Assembly (NCBI GenBank): GCA_965261545.1
Contig: CBDHDF010000011.1
Location: 192,001-256,000, forward strand
Source of the DNA: Bdellovibrionales bacterium
GTDB lineage: Bacteria > Bdellovibrionota > Bdellovibrionia > Bdellovibrionales > UBA1609
Length of the DNA stretch: 64,000 nt
Direction: 5' to 3'
Shown: one piece after another, positions 39,704-52,594 of the stretch
How the letters are laid out: each line of letters begins with the position of its first letter
How positions within the stretch are numbered: the stretch's first letter is position 1
Notes under the pieces: model-generated
What the model was told of the DNA's origin: nothing
Seen by the model: the letters and a program-made list of their open reading frames with translations, nothing else
Database searches by the model: none
Made by a program: the position numbers and the translations under genes

Positions 39704-42700
39704 TGTTAGCTGACAATTAAAATGCCCCACCGTCGCCAATGAAAAGTGGCCACTTTTCAGAGGAGGACCTATGGTGATTTTTGGCATTGTCAACCGAGAC
39801 GCATATAATCAATTGATATTACTCATAAAAAGGCTCCGAGCTGATAAGAACTCCTTTTGGGTTCTTGTCGACCTGGAAAGGGGCTCCGTGTTGGAGAGTC
39901 CTTCCATGACAGCCTATTCAGGTTCCATATTTCTCATTTGTAGACTGTTTCTGGATTTCAATGAGGTTAAATATATAGTCAAGAAAAGCCTGTTTAGGCT
40001 GTGCCCATTTTCTAAAGTATTTAAATTCCACAAGATTCCAACATTTGCCTCAATTTTCATGGAATTTCTTTCTGAAGACAGGCTTCCCTTAAAGCCGTCG
40101 CCAATTAAAATGTCCCACTTTCAATATGGAGGTTGTCGCCAATGAAAAGTGACCAATCTTCAGGGAGTGTTCAAATACTAGACAATGAAGTTTCTTCTTC
40201 TGATATAGATACTAAGCTCACAGAGTCCCTCCCTTTTGCAACTCAAAAGGTTAGCAATGAGGAGGATCTTATGATTAGTCAATACACTTTCGGCCGCATT
40301 CGTGACCTGAGTCACAGTGGTAAAAATAAGACAGAAATATCTCGTGAATTAGGGATCAATCGTAAGACGGTGCGCAAGTACTGTGAGTCCAACACCCCAC
40401 CGAAGTACAAGGCGAGGTCCAAAAGAACTCGCCCAGATCCCCTTAATGGATATATGGATCGGGTGAAGTACTTTTTGAAGTTGAACCCAAGTAACACCGC
40501 CCGTGAAATATATGAGCTATTAGTTGAGGAGGGTTATCGTGGGAGTGAGAGAACGGTTCAGAGAAGAGTTTGTGAGATTCTTGGTTCTCGCCCCAAGGAG
40601 CGTTTTTTCAGCCAAAGATATGATCCTGGAGAACAGGCTCAGTTTGATTTTAAGGAGAAGGTTGCTTTACCATTTGCCGATGGTGTTCAGATCGTTCATC
40701 TCCATTTTGGAACATTGCCTTGTAGTGGCACCTGTTGGGTTCGTGCCTACCCCTTTCTTGTCTATGAGTGTTTCATCGATGGGGTGCATGCTTTTTTTGA
40801 AAAGATAGGTGGGATGAGTGCGAACATCCGTATTGATAATTTATCTCCCTGTGTGAAGAAAGTTCTTAAAGGAAATCAGCGAATTTACACCCAATCTTTT
40901 GATCGAGCCATCCAATACTATGGATTTAAGGTTCTTCCCTGCCGCGCAGGGAAGGGCTCTGACAAGGGAGATGTGGAGCGTGATATTCGAACCTTCAGTT
41001 CTCGGATAAAAAATATTGTTAGAAACAAAGGAATTGTTTTTAAAGACTGGGATCATTTGAATCAGTTTTTAGAGTCTTATATGGATCAGCATCAGAGTGA
41101 CTCCACCAAATCTCGCTTTGAGGAGGAGGCCAAAGTTCTTAAGCCTTTGCCTCCACGAGATGAAGATATTCTCTGTAAGGTGAATATTTGTCAAAGTAAT
41201 GGTTATGGGACTTTGAGAATAGGTAAAACCACATATTCCATACCTGATGAGGTGATCCAATCTCCCTGTAAAACCGTACAGGGTCCCTATCATGTCACGA
41301 TCTATCGTGCAGGAGGGAAGCAAGAAATTGTCGCTCGCCATCAAAGAAAACCTGATGGGGAGCATAGTCTTCTTCTTGAACATATCCTTCCCTCTTTAGT
41401 TCGTAAGCCGCAAGCCATGGTAAGATGGGCTCACCGATCCATTCTTTTTCCAACAAATGTGTTTGAAAATTTTTATCAATACCTCAAGCAACAAGATTCA
41501 AGCCGTGCCGAGCATGAATATTTAAGAGTTATCAACTTGATTCAGCATGTGAGTTGGCAGGACTTATCTACAGCCATGGAGCTTCAATTAGAAAGTCGTG
41601 AGATTTTCGACTTTAAATCCATAAAAGATTTGCTCTTAGGCAATCCCACCAAAATTAATTTGAATGACCAACAAAAACCACTTCAACCTAGATTGTCTCA
41701 ATATGACAGTCTTGTTCCAAACATAGGAGGTTCTTAATGAATCACGAAGAACTTATAGGTTCTCTTAAAAAACTCCGACTTCCAGCGATGGCGGATGAAT
41801 ATGTTGCAACGGCTAGAGTTGCCGAAAAAACAAAAAAGACGTATGAACAGTATTTAGGTATACTCGTTCAAAATGAGCTTGCTGACAAGCATTCCCAGAG
41901 AGTGAAAAGATTGCTTAAGGGGGCCAAGCTTCCTCAACTTAAATCACTCCAAACTTATAACTTCCAGAAAAGAACGGGAGTGACAGCTCAGCAAATTAAT
42001 TGGATGGCAGAGGGAGAGTGGGTCAGAAAAGCCTGTAATGTTGTGTTTTACGGAAGCTTTGGAATGGGGAAAAGTCATTTGGCCATGTCCCTAGTTCGTT
42101 CACTCTGTGAACAAGGCTATCGATGTTTATGGGTCACCACTCATGAACTTATTGAAACAATGCGTGAAAGCAAGAAAGAACTCTCATTGAATGCTCTTTT
42201 TAAGAAATTAGACCGTTTTGATCTTATTGCTTGTGATGAACTTGGCTATACAGCTTCCTGCACAGAGGGGGCAGATCTTTTCTTTCAATTCATATCTCAG
42301 CGATATGAAAGGAAAAGTCTCATGATCACTACAAACTTAACTTACTCTGAATGGGATAAGGTGTTTCTTAACCCTATTACCACCGCTGCTGCTGTTGATC
42401 GAATTATTCACAACTGTGAAACCCTCAACATTGAAGGAAAAGAAAGTTGGAGAACCGAATCCGCAAAAGCCAAGTCTAAACAGAGCAAAGAGGAAAGTTC
42501 AACCAAAGAAGTTCATTAGAGATCCCCACTTTTGGGGAAGGAACCCGCCAGTTATCCACAAAATTTATCCACAGCAGCACTGCGTTGCTAGACATCGGGG
42601 TCACAGCCGCAGTGTCGCCATGGATAAATTTATGGATAACTGGCTTTTACCGTACTATTTGCTCGTCACTCTCGCGGAGCTTTAGACATTAGCTGCGCCA

Positions 42701-42949
42701 AGGAATCCTGAAAAATACTCCATTTACCTCTGCCATAGGGTTGAAGGATGCATTTGGGGTCATGCCAAAAGTGGTGGGCAGAAAATCATTCCTCAGAATC
42801 TTGTGGCATAGTCCGAGTTAAATGATGAGCAAAATAAAGACACTTGACTAAACTCTGAACGAAGAATAACTAAATCAGTACATCATCAACTGGCCGTTTT
42901 TCATTGGCGACGGCTTCTAAAAATGGCCAATTTTAATTGGCGCCTAACA
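39704..42949 (+). mobile_element. IS21-family element B, copy 2 (istA 40271-41737, istB 41737-42519)
   Basis: Offset 28306 from copy 1; no TSD. Confidence 0.95.
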
Positions 42950-45900
42950 CCAGCGAAGACTCCAATAGGATTTTTGGGCTTAATTGATGGTTTAGAGTGG
43001 TGTTGGGCAAAGTTTGAGGAGAATGGGGCCAGAAAAATATGTTGTTTTGTGGTGTTGAGACGTACCTCTCCATGGACATAGAGGGAGCAGATAATACAGC
43101 TCTTGCGTCATTCAGGGTAGTCAGAAGTTAAGAAAATGAATCGAAGCTCTCACTTTGTGGTGGACCTCTAGGAGGCCATAGGCTTGGAGGTTGTGAGGTG
43201 ATGCCGAGATGAGTAAGAATTTTTTCAATGACCTGAGGGTCTTCAATGGAAGAAATGACTTTTACTTTTCCACCACACTCATGGCAAGTTTCAATGTCTA
43301 TGTCAAAAACCCTCCTGAGCCTTTGAGCCCAGGTCATTCCTGAAAATTTTTTCTTGTTTGGCCTTGGCTCTGAATCTTCTAAATCTAAGGTTTCTTCCCT
43401 TGAGTTTTCATAGATGGAGGCTTCGATTTGGGGCTGAGGGACGATTGAGGATCGATACTTAAAATTGGGAGCGAAAACTCCGTGGAATCTTGTGAGATTC
43501 ACTCGTGGTCGAGGTATGAGGGAGGCAAGACGGCTAAGGAAATCAAGGGGGTCCAGAACGATATGAGTGGTTCCATTGTCATAGGCAATTTTGAGTTTAT
43601 AGACGACTTGGCCCCTGGCATTTAATGAGAGCCTTTCCTCACTGAGGCTGGGTCTTGAAATATACCGGCATACCCTCTCTCGCTTTTTTTTCTCATGGTC
43701 TCTACATGCGACTCCTCCATGGAGGCTAAAGCCAGAATATTTGGCGAGAAATTCACTGTTAAAATCTTTACCTCTTGATGATACAGTGTGAAGAGTCAGT
43801 GCTTTTTTCCCTTTGTGAGTGCAAAATTTCACCTAGTTTGACCCACCCAATTTCACCTGGTTTGACCCACCCAATTTCACGAAGTTTGACCCACTGAATT
43901 TCACCAAACATTGACCCACTTAGATCTTCATAGATATTCTTTCTGCGCTACGCATTAACGAGGAGGTGTCTATGGGCAAACAAGGTAAGAAAAAAGGAGC
44001 AAGAATGATCAACAATATTAAGAAATACATAGAGCTTGGACTCAGTTCGAGACAAATAGCTCGAGCTATGGGTGTTAGTCGGAACACTGTGAAGAAGTAT
44101 GTGAAGGATAGTCCCGGAGGCCCTAACAGCCGCTCAAAGGGGTCGCATGGGCCCTACCAAGCCCCATGGTCATCCAAGGTGAATTGGACAGATGTTCGCC
44201 TCAAGCAAAGCCTAGGGACTCAATTGGCTCATTACTGGGAGCGACATATTCAGTCCGAGATTGACGGTGTGAGTTATCTTTCTTTTTGGAGAGAGTTTCG
44301 TCGGAGGCACCCAAGTATAAAGCTTGATATGCACCAGACATTCACCCCTGGTGAACGGAGTGAGTTTGACTATAAGGGAAAAGACTCTTGTTTTGGCTAT
44401 ACAGATGCCAAGACTGGGGAGTTCATCCCATGTCGATTATTTGGAATGATACTTCCATCGAGTCAGTTTTTCTTTCCATGCGCCACATTAACAGAGCAGC
44501 GGGAAGATGTTTTTTCCTCCATAGCTTCTGGTTTTGAGTTTTTTGGTGGTGTGACCGGAACCATTGCTTTTGATAACGCAAAGGTTCAAGTGACAAGAGC
44601 TGATACTTATGACCCCGATATTAACTCTGAGTTTCACCTCTTGTGTGATCACTACAATGTGGCTCCTTTGGCGATGAGGCCATCTCGCCCCAAAGACAAG
44701 AGTCTTATCGAAAATACCCTTGGAGTCTTTTGGCGCTGGTCTTGGCCCCAGATAAGAGAGCGGCAAATGTATTCTCTAGCAGACATCAACGCTGAGTTGA
44801 AGCATTTGGCAGCTATTTTCAATGATCGTATTCAAAAAAAGTATGGGTTGAGTCGTCGACAGAAGTTTGAATCTTTTGAGAAGTCAAAATTGAATCCTCT
44901 TCCTGAAAGACGCTATGAGAGTGGATTCTGGAAGCATTCCAAGGTTCATCCGGATTGTCACATTCAATATAACTACAATTTTTACTCTGTTCCTTATAAG
45001 CATCGCGGCAAGAAGTTAGATATTCGTATTAGCCAACAATGCTTGGAGGTTTATTCAGAATTAGAGCGGGTGGCGATACATCACATCCCCCAGGGCAGTC
45101 GAGGGCGCTACTTTACGACAAAATCTCATCTCCCTAAGTCCCACCGGGCCATTTTAGAGCAAACGCCACAAAATGTACTTAAAGAGGCATCAAGCCTTGG
45201 AGAAAGCATTCACAAAGTTGCCGAGCGGCTTATCAAAGAGCCTCGCCATCCGCTTATGTATCTTCGTCGTGTTCAGGGGATACTCAATCTAAGAAAACGG
45301 TATTCAACAGCTTCTTTGGAGCAGGCTTGCTCATTTTTTGTAGATGCAGCTTTAAGTGACATTAGGGTTCGTGGAGTTGAGAAAGTTATTTCAGCAAAAA
45401 GTCATCGAAAAGAGGAGCCAAGAGTCTGCCGTCAACCTAATGAAAATTTAAGAGGTTCAGAGCACTGGGAGAATGCTTGCCGCCACTAATCACATAGCCC
45501 CGGTGGGTGGTTCTCAACCACCTAACGGGTCATTTTGACCTCCATAAGAGAGGTCGTATAGGAGAAGAAAATGATTAAACAAACAGAAAATTTATTAGAG
45601 ATATTAAAAATGAGGGGAGTTTTAGCAACCTTGAGCCAGAGGCTCAAAGAAGCTGAGGAGCAGGATCTTGGTTACGAGGACTTTCTAAATGTCATCTTTG
45701 AGGACGAAAAAATCCATCGTGAAAATCAGAAGGTCTCAAGACTTATCAAAAGAGCAGCTTTGCAGCAAAAAGCAAGCCTTGAGGCCTTTGAAACCAAATC
45801 CAACCGAGGAGTCGATCGAAGAGTTTTGAGTGATCTAGCCCTTATGAGATTTGCTCAAAGAGGTCAAAATATAATTATCTCTGGCCCAACGGGTGTTGGA

Positions 45901-47657
45901 AAGTCATATTTGGCTTGTGCCATAGGTAATCACGCCTGTCGCCAAGGTTTTTCCACTCAGTTCTTCAGAATGAATACTCTTGTTGAAAAATTCAACTTAG
46001 AAAGAGCCCAGGGGACATATCTAAACTTCCTTAAAAGGCTAAAATCAGTCTCGATACTTGTGTTGGATGATTTTGGTATCAAGCCCCTTACCTCTAACCA
46101 ATATCAAGACCTTTACGATGTGATTGATGAACGAGGCCCTGACCTGAGCCTCATTCTTACAACCCAACTTCCAATAAAAAATTGGAGTGAAGTCATTGAG
46201 GATCCCATCGTTTGTGAAGCTATTATGGATCGCATAACCTCTCAAGCTATCAAAATAGCCATGTCTGGAAGCTCATTTAGGCAGAGAAAGACGATTTAAG
46301 GAGAATCCATGCAAAGGCAGACCTTGGAAGACACCATCGGGAGACACTCCATCGGAACTATTGAATCATGTACCCGCCAGTTATCCACAAAATTTACCCA
46401 CGGCAGCGCTGCGTTGATAGACATCGGGGTCACAGACGCAGCGTCACCATGGATAAATTTGTGGATAACTGGCTCGCTATTCTCTGCCATTTTGAGCAAT
46501 GGATTCAACATCCCCATTGAAAAACCCTCCATTGAAACCTCAGAAATGGGGAGGGTCGAGATTCTCAATGACAAAGTGGCCAATTTTAGTTGGCATCTAA
46601 CATTCTGGCAAATAAGCCTTAACCCACCGTTGGGACATCGTGACATTGAGGGTGTAAAAGTTACTGAGTCAGCAGAAAAAAGAAGGTTTAAATTGACAAA
46701 GTTTGAGCCACCGTGAAATTCAAAATTGGACCTCAAATTGACTGACTGAGGGGTGGGTCAAACTTCGTGAAATTCAGTGGGTCAAACTCGTGAAATTCAG
46801 CATGTGAGGACCGAGAGCTATTCTATAGGTGACTGATGATCCGTGGACTTGGTCCATACTGTCAGAGGCTTCCATAGCCAGATACTCTTGCCCTGTTTCA
46901 TCCCTTAGGATAAGTCCCTTTTTTTCTAGGTGCTTGACCACTCTATGAGCTATGCTCACCAAGATGTGATCCATTTCACTTTGGGTGGGTGGAGTTATGG
47001 GGTGAAAATGAGGTTTACCTTCGGGGAATGTGTACACTCCATCCAAATACATCATATGGAAATGAATATTGAGATTGATGCTTCCGCCAAATCGTTGAAT
47101 GAAGGTAACAGAACCCGTCTTGGCTCCTGATTTTTTGGTGAGGCCAGCTCTTTTGATCAGGTAGGTGGAAATGGCTCGATGAACGATGGCTAAAACCTCT
47201 CCCATGACCTTTGGATTTTTGGCAAAGAGAAATCTTATTTGAAAAGGAAAGCTAAGGACCCATTGTCGTAGTGATTTTTGTGGAAAAACTTCATCGACTA
47301 AGTGGGCTGCACTTTCAGCCATTCTTCTTGCGCCGCAGCTTGGACAGAAGCCTCGACGCTTGCAGCTAAAGGCCACAAGGCTTTCATGGTGGCAAGATTC
47401 ACACTGGGTTCTCAAGAAACCATGGGCAAGAATTCCACACTTGAGAAACTCATCGAATTCTTTTTTAACGAACTGGGGAAGGCCATTTTCATGCTCATTT
47501 TCTATGTGCCGGTAGAAAGTGAGTAGATTTTCTTGCACCAGTTTGTAAAGGAGAGTCTTTTCAGGGCGGTGTCGTTGGTATTTGGGAGCGTTGTTAAAGA
47601 TATGGGGATCAACAAGGGCCATGGCCTTTGTTGGAAGGCAAATTCAATGCCAACTGT
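42950..47657 (-). mobile_element. IS91-like element copy 1; transposase (47622 to 43128) split by IS21-A copy 2
   Basis: Near-identical to ~57015-58734; 6-bp TSD TGTGAG around the inserted IS21. Confidence 0.9.
43820..46802 (+). mobile_element. IS21-family element A, copy 2 (istA 43972-45489, istB 45571-46299)
   Basis: Offset 41820 from copy 1; TSD TGTGAG. Confidence 0.95.
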
Positions 47658-48314
47658 GGGTGAGCACCAAAAAACTTCTGGGAGAAGCCTACTCCATGTA
47701 TGGAGCAGAGCATTGTAATGATCCCTTAAAGCAACCTCCATTTTCTTGTCCTTATCAGCCATTTTGACCTCTCTTTCTTTGATTTAATTTCCGTTATTGG
47801 AAATCTTTCTTGAAATAAGAGATACACAACTTCCTGACTCTTTGTTAATGACAAGAAACGGTAACATTTTCTAGGTCCAATATATTTGTTATATTATTTT
47901 TTAGGTAGAAAAATGTCATTAAATGATAAAAAAGAACATTCTATATCTTTACTTGTTTGGGTTATTCCTATTCCCAGGTAATAATGTCTGATAAACTATT
48001 TTAATGTTGGGGGTATTAAATATTAAGTAGTGTCAAAATAATAATAAACTAAAAATAACCATAAAACGATAAAAGAGGGGTGTTTAATGGAAGTAAAGGA
48101 AAATAGAAACAAAAAAAGAATCAAAGTTTTCAAGCACGCTTGAAAAAAAGCTTAAGAAGTCTCAAAAACAAAAAAGGCTTCTCACTCATTGAGTTGATGA
48201 TTGTTGTAGCGATTATTGGAGTCTTGGTGGCCGTTGTCGTTCCTAACTTCCAGAAGCTCATGGCACGAACCAAACAAACAGAAGCTAAAAATAACCTCGG
48301 CGCCGTCTATGTAG

Positions 48315-50196
48315 GGGACTGTAAAAATAATTGTGTAACTGCAATTTTTTTCTTAAATCTTAAAGCCACTTATGTGGCTCCACTCCTAGTAAAAAGCACA
48401 GCCCCATATTATTCGTCAATGTATAATTGACATTTTTTCCTTCAAGCGATTTTGTCAGTCACAATGCATTATAAGTTAATGGGGAGGTGGACAGCTTCGC
48501 TGGTCTATATAATTGGCCTCTTTAGTTACTCTGGACTTTTGATTGTATTATGGAGCCGTAATGGGATCATATCAGAACTGGAAAGAACTCAAATAAATAA
48601 TTATCATCTTGGTTGAAAAAAAATCAGCAATGGCTCTCTCAAAAAAATGGAAATTCCAATCTCATCAAAGGGTTCATGTGTTTAGGTTCCCATACTATAT
48701 TACCCCCTTTTTTTTATTTTTTTTAACTTAGGATATTCGAGAAATACCAGCATTGGGATGAAATATGAAAAAAAATGGAAACCCAAATCTGCACCAAGAG
48801 GGCATGTATTTAGGTCCCCATACTATATTACCCTAACCATAGTCTCGGTATTCCAGTACTTCTGTCAACGCCTTAGAGGGGCTTTTAAGCCCCCTTATAA
48901 GGCAGGGTGGACCTTAAAACTTAGTTGTCAAAACGGTCACCATATTCAATGGCAAATCTATTCATGGCTGGCTTCCAGTTGTGTAATGGTCGTGTCCATC
49001 GCTTAGAGGCCATTTTGATCGCTAAATATACGATTTTTAAGGCCGACTGATCACTGGGAAATATCTTACGATTTCTGATCGCCTTGCGGATCACGCTATT
49101 TAACGACTCTATGGCGTTTGTGGTATAAAAAATCTTTCTGATTTCATCTGGATAATCGAAAATAGTGATAAGATTGTCCCAATTTCTACGCCAAGACTTT
49201 TCAATATTCGGATACTTTGAAGACCACTTAGCACTAAATTCCTCAAGGGCTTTCTCGGCTTCTGTCAGAGTCGTAGAGCCATAAATGGACTTGAGGTCTT
49301 TGGCGACAGCTTTCATATCCTTGGAAGGCACATAGCGAAGGGAATTGCGGACCATATGGACAATGCACAATTGTACTTTAGACTTGGGAAAAGCAGCTGA
49401 AATGGCTTCAGGAAAACCTGTAAGACCATCTACAGAAAATATAAATACGTCTTTCAACCCCCTATTTTGCATCTCAGTCAAAACACTCAACCAAAACTTT
49501 GAACCCTCATTCTCAGAAATCCATAGGCCCAACAAGTCTTTCTGACCCTCCTCTGTAAGACCAAGAGCTACGTAAATTGATTTATTAATAACTCTTTTGT
49601 CTTGATGGACCTTCACCACGATACAGTCCAAAAATACGATAGGGTAAGTACTATCCAAGGGGCGGTTCTGCCAAGTCGTAACTTCATCAATAACAGCATC
49701 CGTCACGTTGGCTATCACTGAGTGGGATATCTCTGCACCATGGTAGAGGTCTTTGATAGCTCCTTGAATATCCCTGGTCGTCATTCCTCTCGCATAGAGG
49801 GTCAGAATACTGTCTTCAAAGCCCTCAAGACGAGTCTTACCCTTGGGAATGACTTGAGGTTCAAAGGAGGCGCTTCGGTCACGTGGGACCTGAAGCTCCA
49901 CCTCACCTTTTTCTCCCTTTATGGTCTTTCTACTGTAACCATTGCGAGTGTTGGATTTGCGGGTCTCAGACTTCTCATGTTTTTCATAACCTAGGTGATC
50001 GTCCATTTCCGCATTAAGGGTCGTCTCTAAAACAACCTTCATCAGTTGACCTGTTATGTCGGATAAATCCTTTTGGGTCTTGACGTTCTTCGCTAGTTCC
50101 TTGCCTATTGTCTTGATATCCATTCTGCCTTCTCCTCTCAGGATGATATTTCATCCTAATATGATTCGGCAGTTACACAAAATACTTTACAGGCTC
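48315..50196 (-). mobile_element. IS256-family element (1882 bp)
   Basis: IRs gggactgtaaaaataattgtgtaactgc / gagcctgtaaagtattttgtgtaactgc; 8-bp TSD CTATGTAG. Confidence 0.95.
48921..50123 (-). CDS. IS256-family transposase
   Basis: RNGY; VPRDR; FLD; DGL; QLCIVH; YTTNAIE. Confidence 0.95.
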   Translation of the reverse strand: MDIKTIGKELAKNVKTQKDLSDITGQLMKVVLETTLNAEMDDHLGYEKHEKSETRKSNTRNGYSRKTIKGEKGEVELQVPRDRSASFEPQVIPKGKTRLEGFEDSILTLYARGMTTRDIQGAIKDLYHGAEISHSVIANVTDAVIDEVTTWQNRPLDSTYPIVFLDCIVVKVHQDKRVINKSIYVALGLTEEGQKDLLGLWISENEGSKFWLSVLTEMQNRGLKDVFIFSVDGLTGFPEAISAAFPKSKVQLCIVHMVRNSLRYVPSKDMKAVAKDLKSIYGSTTLTEAEKALEEFSAKWSSKYPNIEKSWRRNWDNLITIFDYPDEIRKIFYTTNAIESLNSVIRKAIRNRKIFPSDQSALKIVYLAIKMASKRWTRPLHNWKPAMNRFAIEYGDRFDN

Positions 50197-50690
50197 CTAT
50201 GTAGCTCAAAAAGCCTTTCATGGTGAGTGGAATACATACCACCCAGGGTTTGGAGTCATTGGATTCAACCCTGAAGGTAATCTGAGATACCTCATTAAAA
50301 CAGCAGGTAAAGAACTTATCTTTGTACCTATTGGCCACCCTTGGGGCAGTACTGCTATGATAGATGCAGCGTTAAAAGCAGTAAGTTCAAAAGTTTATTG
50401 TACTGTAACCACCACCTCCTGTAAGAGTCTAGCTACTTTTGCTATACCAGCAGCGACCAGTCCTACGGCCTCAGCATATAGTTCTACAGCATTTCTATCT
50501 GTAGCTTCCTCTGATTTAGATGGTGATGCTACTGACGTAGATGAATGGACTATCAGCCAGAAGAAAGAAATAAAAAATACCAAAGTAGATATTTAATATG
50601 AAAACAAAGCTCACTTTCCTTCCGGGAGGATAATTACCATCAAAGCCCTCTTGGCACTCCTAAACCCTATCTTATGAAGGTAAAATGTGC

Positions 50691-50812
50691 GATGTATTTG
50701 GATGGAGTGTACACATTCCCCGAAGGCAAACCTCATTTTCATCCCGTAACCTCGCCCACCCAAAGTGAAATGGATCACGTCTTGGTGAGCATAGCTCATA
50801 GAGTGGTCAAGC
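50691..50812 (+). pseudogene. Internal fragment of an IS91-like transposase
   Basis: Diverged reverse complement of ~58009-58130. Confidence 0.8.
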
Positions 50813-50947
50813 TGTAGTGGATACTTTCTCTTTCTTAAGGAAATTCAAGGATTTAGAATTTGTATCCAGCACAGGAAGCCAAAGAGCCCTGAAATTCAAG
50901 AATATGAAACCAATAAGATCATGAAGTCAAAGAGTGATGAATTCACT

Positions 50948-52590
50948 CAGAAATTCCCGCCGAGCTTGAAAAAACATTGAAATTCCTCCAAATCTCAGTG
51001 TGAGAATTGCACTGCATCGAATAAGGTAAACCTCCCCGTCTTCGCCATTTAGAGGCGAATGTCCAGACTTTAGTTTAGGGCAAATACGTTAAACTCTTTG
51101 GGGCACTTTGAGAAAAATGGCTGCTCATGATGTGTCGAAAACATCTGAGGCAGCAATAGGCTTAATCCCATAAGCCATTATGGCGAGGAGTTCCTGCCAA
51201 TTTTTAAAGTATAGGGTATGGAAATACCCCCTCATATGATCCCATAGATAAGATAGTCTCCTCTCTTTTTCTACCGCCTTTTGAAACAATTTACAGGCCA
51301 AATGTTGAAGTTGGTCCACTAAAAATACCAGCATCATAATCACGGCTAAATTGTTACACAAATTTTGCTTGCCGTGGCCAAAATTGTGCTCAAAGTTGTA
51401 ACCCAAATTCTTTAACGTATTAAATGTTTCATTTTCTATCTTCCAGCGTGCTCTTCCCCCCCTCATTATTTGCATTATGTTGTCTTCGTTGATCTCAATG
51501 TCAGTCACCCAGCTAAAGTGCTGAACCTTACCGTTTGCTTTCGTTTCTTTGTATTCAATAAAATTCACTCGACAATCAGGATTTGAATCATTGAGTGAAA
51601 CATCATTTATGAATCGAAATTCATGTGTCACTCCATTCTCTACCACGGTGAAGTGAGAAACTGTTCCTAAGCTATCTGCTCCATTTACAAACTCAAATAA
51701 AACTTTGTGGTCCCCCATCTTACAGCCTAAAATATAACTTAATTTTAATTCGTTAAGAAGAGTGATGTGAGGAGCATTGGAAGCCAATCCATCCTCAATA
51801 ACAATCACTGGAAGGTGAGGGTGTTCCCTGCGAAAATCTTCAAGGAGTCGTTTGGCTGCATTACGCTCACAATCATTTTTGCTCGATCCATCTGTGTTTG
51901 AAATGGGCTCTGGAGCAATAGGTATAACCTGTTTCTTATCGGGGTGAACAATCACTCCTGCTAACATTTGATGATAGTAGGTCTTCGTCTCATCACGATG
52001 ATTCTTTATACAACAATTCTCACAATGAATAGTCGAGGAGCTAAAGGCACCTGTTCCATCAATGCTGAGAAGATATTTTCCACCCAAATATGGGTAACCC
52101 TCCAAAACCTTCCCTCTTTGAGCTTCGGTAAACAAAGATTTAAAAAAATTTTGAAAGTCACGGGTTGGAACAGGATCTAAAATCTCTCGCATAGCCGTAT
52201 CACTAGGAATTTGGCCTATTTGAAACAAATGGTGTAGGTTGTTTTTTGCCACTGGGTCATGGACACGATCACAAAACTGAAGCATGGATGGGTCTTTCAA
52301 GGCAAACATTGCCACAGATGACATAATGGCATCACTCAGAGGAATCCTATGGGGACGCTGCGATCTTATATCTGGAACTGCAAGAGATTTACTCTGTAAC
52401 AGGGAATACATTCCTGAAGCGGATAGACCTTTTCTAAAATGTTGATGCGACATGACGAACCCTCCTTGGTCTGATGTGCAACAACAAATATTCAAACAGA
52501 TACTTAGGCAAAAGTCTACGAACTCTTTTTGAGGCGAATCTTTTGGAAGCCACTACTGTGGCCTAAACTATTTTTCGACGGGAATTGCTG
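50948..52590 (-). mobile_element. ISNCY-like element; transposase 51125-52495
   Basis: IRs cagaaattcccgccg / cagcaattcccgtcg; 9-bp TSD GAATTCACT; motifs SIDGT and GRARWKIENETFNTLK. Confidence 0.85.
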
Positions 52591-52594
52591 GAAT

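Larger units (their letters stand above)
48140..50596 (+). pseudogene. pilA: Type IVa pilin interrupted by IS256
   Basis: KGFSLIELMIVVAIIG prepilin site; removing the IS gives in-frame GAVYVAQKAF...DEWTISQKKEIKNTKVDI. Confidence 0.85.

Noticed and set aside
47502..47762. 86-aa ORF reading into the IS91 end
   Set aside because: Probably a gene stub fused to IS sequence; family not recognisable.
50650..50680. CIRCE or sigma54 site at ttggcactc
   Set aside because: No second CIRCE arm and no -12 GC.
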